Shown: piece by piece, positions 1-7,602 of the stretch
How the letters are laid out: the number at the start of each line of letters is the position of its first letter
Numbering within the stretch: position 1 is the stretch's first letter
DNA from: Candidatus Hermodarchaeota archaeon
GTDB lineage: Archaea > Asgardarchaeota > Hermodarchaeia > Hermodarchaeales > Hermodarchaeaceae
Assembly: GCA_016840065.1 (NCBI GenBank)
Contig: JAEOTB010000113.1
Span: 1-12,254, forward strand
DNA: 12,254 nt
Direction of reading: 5' to 3'
Position numbers and translations under genes: made by a program
The notes under the pieces: model-generated
Told to the model about the DNA's origin: nothing
Seen by the model: only the letters and a program-made list of their open reading frames with translations
Databases searched by the model: none

Positions 1-11
1 GGGTGAAAAAA

Positions 12-1208
12 ATGGGTGAAAAACAACGCTTCGAAAAGGAAAAACAAGTCAAAATTGGAAGAATCGATGGGGATGTTGAGATCCGAGATTGTGATTCCAT
101 CGTACCCCTAAAGGGATCAGAGATTGTGGTGGAAGGCACCCTTCACATAAGAGGGCGACCACCAGTAATCGAAGGTTCACTGAAATGCGAATACCTAGAT
201 ATAGATTGCCGGGATGAAGTCGAGATTCGAGGCAATCTAACTGTAGCTACCTCCGTGAAGGTAGATCGGGGACGTTTGATAATCGATGGCTCAGCGAGAG
301 CACGCAGGTTCAGCATCAGCAGCGCACTAGAAGTAAAAGAAAACATTGAATGCACAACGGTCTCTTGTGGCGGCTCACTCCGTGTGGGTGGTGACATTAA
401 AGCAGAGAAACTTTCTGTCGGAGGCGCAGCCCGTATCGGCGGAAAAATCGAGGTTGAAGATCTAAGCGCAGGAGGCGCAGCTTCATGCAGCCACGGCATT
501 GTAGGCCGTGTCAATGTAGGTGGAGCCTTCAAAGCTACTGGAGCAATGGAGATCGGTGATTTAGATGTAGGAGGAGCTGCTGTAGTAGGTCCTGGCTCGA
601 AAATCCTTGACATCGACGTGGGTGGAGCTTTCAAATGCTCGGGTGAACTTGTTTTCGAAGAACTCGATGTTGGCGGCTCAGCCAAGGTCGAAGGCGATGC
701 CACTGGAAAAGATGTCAATGTCGGAGGAGTCTTGAAAGTGTCTGGGTCACTTGTACTCACAGAAGACCTAGATGTTGGCGGCGTAGTTGCAGTCGGGAGA
801 GATTTGCGTGTCAACGGGGCAATCGAAGTAGGCGGCAAACTTGAGGCTGGCGGTGAAATAGAAGGAAACCGCATTAGTGTAGGTGGAGGAATACGAGCTG
901 TCTACATAAAGGCTCATGAAGAATTCCGCATCGGTCGTCGTGGTGAAGTTAGAGGATTCGTTGAAGCCCGCGATATCATCGTTAGCGAAAAGGTTCGGGG
1001 TGAGTCCTTCTACGGCGAATCAATACGCATTGAGGAGAAAGCCCGAGTTCGAAACCTCTACGGACGTGACATCTATATTGAACGCGGTGTTGTTGTTGAG
1101 GGAGACATCCTCTATACCGGAAAAATTGAAACCGAAAGGAATGTTGACCTGAGAGTTGAACCCCAGAAGGTGGGTAAACTCCCTTCTCCCCAAAAAGTCG
1201 CCAAGTGA
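12..1208 (+). CDS. Extended bactofilin-like / polymer-forming cytoskeletal beta-helix protein (YhbE/YhbF-like)
   Basis: About 11 tandem 16-18 aa repeats of [LIV]-[DNSE]-V-G-G (LSVGGA, VNVGGA, LDVGGA, IDVGGA, LDVGGS, VNVGGV, LDVGGV, IEVGGK, ISVGGG). The C-terminal FYGESIRIEEKARVRNLYGRDIYIERGVVVEGDILY resembles Bacillus YhbE/YhbF ends. ATG at 12 follows the SD-like GGTGA (2-6). GTG at 3, or a start outside the window, cannot be excluded. Confidence 0.75.
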   Translation: MGEKQRFEKEKQVKIGRIDGDVEIRDCDSIVPLKGSEIVVEGTLHIRGRPPVIEGSLKCEYLDIDCRDEVEIRGNLTVATSVKVDRGRLIIDGSARARRFSISSALEVKENIECTTVSCGGSLRVGGDIKAEKLSVGGAARIGGKIEVEDLSAGGAASCSHGIVGRVNVGGAFKATGAMEIGDLDVGGAAVVGPGSKILDIDVGGAFKCSGELVFEELDVGGSAKVEGDATGKDVNVGGVLKVSGSLVLTEDLDVGGVVAVGRDLRVNGAIEVGGKLEAGGEIEGNRISVGGGIRAVYIKAHEEFRIGRRGEVRGFVEARDIIVSEKVRGESFYGESIRIEEKARVRNLYGRDIYIERGVVVEGDILYTGKIETERNVDLRVEPQKVGKLPSPQKVAK

Positions 1209-1221
1209 TTGAATAGTGAAT

Positions 1222-1271
1222 GAGGTATCAGGGGCTTTTGGCTAGCACCGATACCTCTTTTATTCCTTTTT
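1222..1271 (+). terminator. Hairpin plus oligo-T terminator-like element after the bactofilin-like gene
   Basis: GAGGTATC (1222-1229) pairs with GATACCTC (1250-1257), with inner GG/CC and GCT/AGC pairs, followed by TTTTATTCCTTTTT. Confidence 0.6.
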
Positions 1272-1316
1272 AACAAATCTTTACTACCTACGTATAGTGC
1301 TGTACAAGAACGCCAA

Positions 1317-2330
1317 ATGGTGGACTCGTTGACCCAGAAAGGAGGTGTAAAACTAGACAAAGGAATAGTTGTGGTGCCACTGGCAGCTGAGAGTATAGGA
1401 GTGCGTAGTCTTTCAACATTAATACGAACTCCTGATCTTAGAGTGCTAATCGACCCAGGCGCAGCCTTAGGTACTCGCAAGAAGCTGCATCCTCATCCCA
1501 AGGAGTACCAAATACTCGCCCAACGGCGCGCATCGATACAAGCAGCTGCTCAAGAATCAGACTGTATAGTGATATCACATTACCATTTTGACCATCTAGT
1601 TCCCTTTTTCAAGAATTACGCCTATTTCTGGTCAAGTAAAGAGGAAGCTGCAGCGCTCTATAATCGACGTCGAATAATGTGTAAAGACCCCACTCACAAT
1701 GTTAATCGCTCTCAACGAAAGCGTGGAACCGCGTTTATACATGCTGTAAGGAAGGTGGCTCGTGATGTTATCTTCGCAGATGGTCAATTGTTTAAAACAG
1801 GGGCAACGACAATCCGTTTTTCCCCTGCGGTTCCTCATGGAAAGCAAGGAACACATCTTGGCTCTGTGGTAATGACATCGATTCAATACCAAGGAGTTAG
1901 TGTGGTGCATGCCTCCGATGTTCAAGGACCGATGATTCCTGAGACTACGGACTGGATTCTACAACGGAATCCTCAACTACTGATTCTCGCAGGGCCACCA
2001 ACCTACCTGAGTCCTGAAAGAGTCTCCCCTTCTCTTATTACAGAAGCAGCAAATAACCTACAGCGTCTAGTCGTCAAGATACCTACGGTAATACTGGACC
2101 ATCATCTTCAGCGTGATCCTTGTTGGCGTGATTGGCTAGCACCTATTCAGAAGATATCCAGAGACGTTGGACATAGACTTATCACAGTAGCTGATGCAAT
2201 GGGAGTTCCAGAGCAATTGCTAGAGACGCAAAGATCTGAACTGTATGTTGCTGAACCTACATCTCACACCTACGAAGCTTGGGTAAAGACAATAACACGG
2301 GGCTTCACCACGACCCAGCCCCCATTATAA
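1317..2330 (+). CDS. UPF0282-family MBL-fold metallo-hydrolase
   Basis: Family-like motifs PLAAESIGVRS, IDPGAALG, HPHPKE, ISHYHFDH, VPHG, HASDVQGP and LDHHLQRD. The start is uncertain: a perfect SD (GGAGGTG, 1341-1347) lies inside the N-terminus. Confidence 0.85.
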   Translation: MVDSLTQKGGVKLDKGIVVVPLAAESIGVRSLSTLIRTPDLRVLIDPGAALGTRKKLHPHPKEYQILAQRRASIQAAAQESDCIVISHYHFDHLVPFFKNYAYFWSSKEEAAALYNRRRIMCKDPTHNVNRSQRKRGTAFIHAVRKVARDVIFADGQLFKTGATTIRFSPAVPHGKQGTHLGSVVMTSIQYQGVSVVHASDVQGPMIPETTDWILQRNPQLLILAGPPTYLSPERVSPSLITEAANNLQRLVVKIPTVILDHHLQRDPCWRDWLAPIQKISRDVGHRLITVADAMGVPEQLLETQRSELYVAEPTSHTYEAWVKTITRGFTTTQPPL

Positions 2331-2358
2331 AACTAGTCTGAACTTCCTGTTCTCATGT

Positions 2359-3057
2359 CTAAGAGAATATAGTGGATGCCTTTGGTTGTGGAGAATAGAA
2401 AGGTCCATGGAAAGGTAGTGGTATTTCTATGAATGCTTCAGCGAATTCGCAACCAGCTTGCAACCCACGTAGTCTTGCCTTTTGAAGATTGAAGGAATGA
2501 TAGTAACCCTCTGTTTTCTCCATCTGGCTTCTAAACGATATTATCGCCTGTCTTTTCAAATCAACAACTTCGGAAATGTCTACAAATAGGGTGGGTGCTG
2601 GAAAGAGATTGTTTATCTCCATACAAAGAAGGCGGCGAAATCGCCACGCTTTATCGCGTTTAAGAGTTGAGTGACCTGCCCATTCAGCTGCTCGTAAAAC
2701 TGCCTTATGTACAATTATGTGATCTGGGTGATAATCAAGGGAACTGTGGGTGATAATGGTATCTGGCTTAATCTTCCTAATGAGCGGAACGAGCTTGTCA
2801 GAAGTTTCACGAACACTTAGAGAGAAATCCGCTCCTACCTCAGCAACAACCTTAGCACCAAGGATTTTACATGCTGCGCGTAGCTCCTTGTGGCGTGCTG
2901 GTGTACCAGTAAGGCAGCACACAGTAACCTCAGCATCACGGCTAACCTCCAATGCTATTGTGCCCCCGCACCCAAATGTCTCATCATCTGCATGAGCGCC
3001 TACAACAAGGAGTCTTTTTGATTTGGAAGAAATGGAGGTTCTTGTATCTTTAGGCAT
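2359..3057 (-). CDS. bshB: PIG-L/LmbE-family N-acetylglucosaminyl deacetylase, probable GlcNAc-malate deacetylase BshB
   Basis: Zn motif GAHADDETFGCGGT, HPDH, C-terminal RG..AG..FAEAF, and adjacency to bshA/bshC. ATG at 3057 is preferred over the TTG at 3084 used by the ORF track. Confidence 0.8.
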   Translation of the reverse strand: MPKDTRTSISSKSKRLLVVGAHADDETFGCGGTIALEVSRDAEVTVCCLTGTPARHKELRAACKILGAKVVAEVGADFSLSVRETSDKLVPLIRKIKPDTIITHSSLDYHPDHIIVHKAVLRAAEWAGHSTLKRDKAWRFRRLLCMEINNLFPAPTLFVDISEVVDLKRQAIISFRSQMEKTEGYYHSFNLQKARLRGLQAGCEFAEAFIEIPLPFHGPFYSPQPKASTIFS

Positions 3058-3170
3058 ATTCAAAGATTGGTGGGCTATCGTCAAAAGCCTTCGTTTTCTA
3101 CCAGTTTCTTTTCCGTAAGCGTTCTAGTACCTGAAGGATAAAAGATAAGGGCAGTGCTGAGCTTGAGCGC

Positions 3171-4289
3171 ATGGGATTCTCGATGCGAATTGGGATAACT
3201 TGCTACCCTAGTATCGGTGGGTCAGGATTACTAGCGACCAGGTTAGCTATCGAGCTGGCAAAAAGGGGCCACGAACTTCATATGATTACGTATGAAGTTC
3301 CCTTCCTCCTGCAGGAAGGTCGTCATGATAACATCACAGTCAATCTTGTCGATGTGTTAAGCTATCCTCTCTTCAGGTTCCCACCCTATACCGTTGCCTT
3401 GGCTTCTCAAATGGCTAGTGTGATTAAGAAACACAAGTTAGATTTGATTCACGCACACTATGCTATTCCTCATGCAGTTTCTGCGTATCTCGCTCACGAA
3501 ATGACTGGTATTCCCTATGTTGTTACGCTTCACGGTTCTGATGTTCACACGCTTGGAGCTGACCCTGCATACCAACCCGCCACTCGTTTCGCTGTAGAAG
3601 CTGCTGATGCAGTAACATGTGTAACAAAACACATCTGCCAGACAGCAGAGCAGACATTAGGTGTTCGCTGCAAAATCAACCCGATAACTAACTTTACTGA
3701 TCCTGACCAATTCAAGCCTGGACCCTGCATTCATCGATGTGAAGAGCATCAGAAAGAACTGGTTCACGTTTCCAACTTCAGACCAGTAAAACGTGTCCCT
3801 GATCTTGTTACTGCCTTCGCCCAAATTTCGTCAGAAGTGCCTGATGCTACTCTTCTGCTTCTTGGTGATGGTCCAGAGCGACCTACTGTAGAGCGCCTAA
3901 TCCGGGAATTTAATCTAGGTGACAGAGTGAGGTGTCCTGGATTCAAGCGAGATGTATACACCTATTTACGATGCGCTCACGCTTTCGTGCTTTGTTCCGA
4001 ACTGGAGGGGGCTCCCCTCTCGATTCTCGAAGCGATGAGTAGCGGTCTACCAGTAGTTGCGACAGAAGTTGGAGGGATACCTGAACTCATCACTGATGGA
4101 AAGAATGGTTTATTGGTCCCATTTGGGGATATCGATGCTTTAGCAAACAAGCTCTACGCTGTACTTACTGACGATGTTCTTGCTCAAAGCCTGGGCGAAC
4201 AAGCCAGAAAGAGTATTCTCGCTAACCACACAGCTGAACAAGTGATTCCGAGATACGAAGAAGTCTACGAGACTATTATTAGTCGTTAA
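3171..4289 (+). CDS. bshA: N-acetyl-alpha-D-glucosaminyl L-malate synthase BshA (GT4 glycosyltransferase)
   Basis: BshA-type motifs IGITCYPSIGGSG, YPLFRFPPY, HAHYAIPHA, TLHGSDV, HVSNFRPVKRV, plus the GT4 E-x7-E motif (EGAPLSILE). Alternative ATG at 3183. Confidence 0.92.
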   Translation: MGFSMRIGITCYPSIGGSGLLATRLAIELAKRGHELHMITYEVPFLLQEGRHDNITVNLVDVLSYPLFRFPPYTVALASQMASVIKKHKLDLIHAHYAIPHAVSAYLAHEMTGIPYVVTLHGSDVHTLGADPAYQPATRFAVEAADAVTCVTKHICQTAEQTLGVRCKINPITNFTDPDQFKPGPCIHRCEEHQKELVHVSNFRPVKRVPDLVTAFAQISSEVPDATLLLLGDGPERPTVERLIREFNLGDRVRCPGFKRDVYTYLRCAHAFVLCSELEGAPLSILEAMSSGLPVVATEVGGIPELITDGKNGLLVPFGDIDALANKLYAVLTDDVLAQSLGEQARKSILANHTAEQVIPRYEEVYETIISR

Positions 4290-4297
4290 CATGACTT

Positions 4298-6082
4298 TTA
4301 CGCTATCTCATCGCTGATGTAAAAGGTGGCAGCGGCTGGAGTGAAGGGTTGGTAATGGGTGCTTAGCTTTGAGAACAGCGTGTCAAGTCCTATAGACAAA
4401 GCCATGTCGATCCAAGCGAAGCTAACTTCCTGCGCGTAGCGCTCTTGTGAATATCGCCCGTACATCTGGGATAGGTAAGTTTGAAGTAGTTGACGTCGTT
4501 TTGTCAGCAAGCCAATTCTTTCTTGGAGTTGACGACGATGAGTCGAATCAGTTACTTCTCGCTGTTCTGCAACCATAGTTGACCTCTCTTTGTCTAATTG
4601 AGTCTCTGCTTTTAATAGATGCTCGTATGTTTCTCTGATGTATTCGCTACAGGCGGCAAAGAGGGAACGTACAACTCCTGCGTTCTTCTCACGCCCATTT
4701 GTTTCGACTGCTGATAGGTAAGTCCACAGCTTCACTGGTAGAAGGGGTTGTAGTTTCTCCTTCTGGAGCTTGTCAGCTAATCTTCTAGTCCAAGGATTGC
4801 CATAGAAGAGGCGAGTATATCGGAAGAAGATTGGGGCTACACACTTTACTGCGGCAAGGGCAGGAGAGACCTGTGCATGATAGCTTGTCTCCCCAGCTCC
4901 TCCTATGTGTAAAGTGACTGGTGTAAAAGTTTGAACTAGGAAAGCACGTGTATCAACTCTAGGAGAGAGATGTTCTTTCCAAGGGCTAAGATCTGGGTTC
5001 CTTTCTGAAACTTCAAGAATATGGTCTTCTTTGCATTTTGGACAGGTAGCAGTTAGTTGGATTGTGTTTGTGCTTGGTCGCACATTTAGCATAGGCTCTG
5101 TCCTTGTACGTTGGCACCCTTTTGTCGGGCATTCTAGAAGGAAGGGAACATAATTGTCTTGTCGGTGACCTATTCCTGGTTGGTACCCAAGACTTCGAAG
5201 CTGCTCAGCGGATTGGTTGAGGGCCTTAGTGAAGCGTAGTCGGTTAGGTTCTTTCAATAAATATTCAAAGGCTGGCAACATCAAATCACGGATTATAGGC
5301 TGAGAGAATGCTTGGAAGAGGATACCACTACCTTCATCTAGGTTGGTCATGTGCATCCATATGCGAAGGGTCCAGTCTGCTAGATTTGATGCTTGAGTAA
5401 ATGTCTGCGAGAGAAGATTAACGATGGACATCACATTTTGAGCGTATGACATACGATCTTGTTTTGGTTGAGAAGCAACAAGTTCATGATAGGTTGACTC
5501 AATTCTCTTACAGACTTGCTCTAGCCATTTCTTAGGGGGTAGGGGTAAGATGTGGAGAGGGGAGTTCCTATACTCGCGTGGAACTTGGAGTGAAAATGTT
5601 AGCCCCTTGGGTCCTGGACTAGGAAGGTGAACTACGGTAAGTTCTTTCTGTTCATGGTCATGATCTCCAACAAACATTACTGGTATTGCATTTTGAAATG
5701 AAGCGAGACGGCTTATGGCTGCCATTTTATTAATTACAAAACCTGGGCCACCAAGCACAGCTGGTTGGTGTCCCGCCTCTACAACCGATAGACTTTGTGT
5801 CAGTTGGTTCAGCATTTCTTTTACTTTGCTGGTCATCATTCGATGTTCTCTATGAAGGGTTGTTATTGCTTGAAGCAGTTTTTCTACGCGGTCTTCTGAG
5901 AAGAGTGGTGTGTCGCCTTTCGAATATGAATGAGAAATTGGTTGGCTGAATTGAACTGCTTCTGCTGCTGTTCGAGGTATTGGTCCCCAGAATTGATGTT
6001 CTACGGTCTCCTGGTCAAAAACATAAGCAGTGTAGAGATTGTTTGCGTCAGGTAAAATGGAGGTACCCCGGGACGGTTTCAT
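4298..6082 (-). CDS. bshC: Bacillithiol cysteine-adding enzyme BshC, divergent, with Cys4 insertion
   Basis: AGHQPAVLGGP..INK (cf. BshC GQQAGL.TGP), IPVMFVGDHDHE (cf. P.FW.AGEDHD), LSPRVDTRA (cf. SPNV.LRP), IGGAGETSYHAQ (cf. GGPGE.AY.AQ), a long C-terminal coiled-coil and QER. Lies next to bshA. Confidence 0.82.
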   Translation of the reverse strand: MKPSRGTSILPDANNLYTAYVFDQETVEHQFWGPIPRTAAEAVQFSQPISHSYSKGDTPLFSEDRVEKLLQAITTLHREHRMMTSKVKEMLNQLTQSLSVVEAGHQPAVLGGPGFVINKMAAISRLASFQNAIPVMFVGDHDHEQKELTVVHLPSPGPKGLTFSLQVPREYRNSPLHILPLPPKKWLEQVCKRIESTYHELVASQPKQDRMSYAQNVMSIVNLLSQTFTQASNLADWTLRIWMHMTNLDEGSGILFQAFSQPIIRDLMLPAFEYLLKEPNRLRFTKALNQSAEQLRSLGYQPGIGHRQDNYVPFLLECPTKGCQRTRTEPMLNVRPSTNTIQLTATCPKCKEDHILEVSERNPDLSPWKEHLSPRVDTRAFLVQTFTPVTLHIGGAGETSYHAQVSPALAAVKCVAPIFFRYTRLFYGNPWTRRLADKLQKEKLQPLLPVKLWTYLSAVETNGREKNAGVVRSLFAACSEYIRETYEHLLKAETQLDKERSTMVAEQREVTDSTHRRQLQERIGLLTKRRQLLQTYLSQMYGRYSQERYAQEVSFAWIDMALSIGLDTLFSKLSTHYQPFTPAAATFYISDEIA

Positions 6083-7308
6083 GACGAATTTTCCTCCTCT
6101 GTCGGCTGCCTACGCATTCCTATTCCCACTAGACAACTGAGGATCGAGACTGTAGCTATGAGAGCAATAAGTGTAAGGGTGTTCGCTGAGAAGTAGAGAG
6201 TGTCTAGAATGGGAATTGACCCCCCAAACTCCCATAATTCATATTCCATTCTTTGAAGGCTATGATTGACTAAATCCGATTGTGCGGTTCGTCTTTCACC
6301 GATATAGTCAGATCCATTACAAACCCAAAGCGTGACAACTGGTACATTCCGAACGTAGAGTGAATTATACACGGCACTTGACGGGTCTGAAGCAATATAG
6401 CCCGTAAGGAGGTCAAAAGGAAGCCAGCCCCAAGGCGGCACATAGGCCATGACCCAAGCATGACCCACACCATTTCGCCAGTCAACATAGAGATAAGCCT
6501 CTTCTGCAATAGAACCCCAGAGAAAGCCTGTTGTAATCGCGCCTTCCTGATACCAGTGTCCGGTCATTAAATAACAGGGAATACCAAAAAGTCGAAGAAG
6601 TACAATAAGTAGATTTGATTTATCGTCGCAGTCTCCTATTTGACTATTCACTAATTCCTCAGGATATTGGGGCTCAGTTAACGTAATAGGATTGTGAATG
6701 TGAGTATCAATCCAGGACATAGCTGCATAAATCAAAGCTAGTGTTTTCTCTTGTTCATCCTCCGCTAATTCACTCTGAATTGAAGACGCCAAGTCTATGA
6801 GAGTACCGTTATCGGTTTTCCAAAGACTAGTAGCCTGAGTATACCAGTAATACTCCTCCGCATCCATCAAGCTAGAAATATCAGTTACATTTCCTGATTG
6901 TTCTGTGTCTATCTGAGGTGGATTGAATCTATGATCTAACACCTCAAATGACCATTCTTCCTCCCAAAACAGAATATCACCTGGTTGAAATGGCGTAGTT
7001 AAATTAGATTCCTGCAGATGATTTCCATCGATATCAGTTGTTAATCTGGTTATTTGTATACTATCATTGTTTAATGTGATATTCTGGCTAATTTGTTTAC
7101 AAACTTGGGAACTTGAGTTACTGTAATAGTCCCAGAAACGATAAGGTTCAGAAGAATAAGAGGAATTACCTGAAACAATTAAGGCACCTGAGACACTGAA
7201 ATTCCAAAAATGGACATAGCGAAAGCCCTGAACAGATGGAGGTGGTGAGCATAGTAGGGCGAAAAGAATGATACCCATTAGAACTGTTACATATCTAGGT
7301 TTTCGCAT
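6079..7308 (-). CDS. Secreted, C-terminally membrane-anchored transglutaminase-like (Cys-His-Asp) protein
   Basis: GDCDDKSNLL..LLRLFGIP and GHAWV..Y....GWLPFD motifs, an N-terminal signal peptide, a C-terminal TM helix followed by RR, and about 10 N-x-S/T sequons. The stop overlaps the bshC start (ATGA, 6079-6082). Confidence 0.88.
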   Translation of the reverse strand: MRKPRYVTVLMGIILFALLCSPPPSVQGFRYVHFWNFSVSGALIVSGNSSYSSEPYRFWDYYSNSSSQVCKQISQNITLNNDSIQITRLTTDIDGNHLQESNLTTPFQPGDILFWEEEWSFEVLDHRFNPPQIDTEQSGNVTDISSLMDAEEYYWYTQATSLWKTDNGTLIDLASSIQSELAEDEQEKTLALIYAAMSWIDTHIHNPITLTEPQYPEELVNSQIGDCDDKSNLLIVLLRLFGIPCYLMTGHWYQEGAITTGFLWGSIAEEAYLYVDWRNGVGHAWVMAYVPPWGWLPFDLLTGYIASDPSSAVYNSLYVRNVPVVTLWVCNGSDYIGERRTAQSDLVNHSLQRMEYELWEFGGSIPILDTLYFSANTLTLIALIATVSILSCLVGIGMRRQPTEEENSS

Positions 7309-7446
7309 TACGGCGTCGCCAATCCTCCAGATTAGAGTATCGTTGCTTATTCATAAGCCCTTTTCTTTTTTCACCACTCTACATCTTGAGATTGATAACA
7401 ATGTCCATTGCTGGATAGTGGTGGAAGCAGGTACAACAGTGTAATA

Positions 7447-7460
7447 CCAGTGTTTTTTAA
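7447..7460 (+). promoter_or_regulatory. Putative TATA-box region for the E2F-like gene
   Basis: CCAGTGTTTTTTAA, similar to CCAGTATTTTTAA at 8541-8553 and to TATTTTTAAG at 9686-9695. Confidence 0.4.
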
Positions 7461-7602
7461 CGAACGCAGATAATACAGTATCTTAGAGTCGTTTGGCACT
7501 AGGGTCCGGCTTGGAGATTGAGCCGTAACCCTTTTATCCACATTGTGCTAGGCGGGTTGACAATATCCCTAACGCACTAGATTGTTTAAAGAGGAAATCT
7601 GA

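Noticed and set aside
1-23. Direct repeat GGGTGAAAAA (1-10, 14-23)
   Set aside because: Only two short copies, explained by an SD plus Met-Gly-Glu-Lys codons. Not a CRISPR array or an element end.
143-874. 243-aa Pro/Thr/Ser-rich antisense ORF
   Set aside because: It is the mirror of the Gly/Val repeat codons of the + strand gene (GGN reads as Pro/Thr/Ser/Ala on the other strand) and has no independent features.
7534-7542. Perfect DnaA box TTATCCACA in the longest intergenic region
   Set aside because: It is a single copy in an archaeal context, with no box cluster, ORB repeats, unwinding element or initiator gene nearby. Chance is a sufficient explanation.
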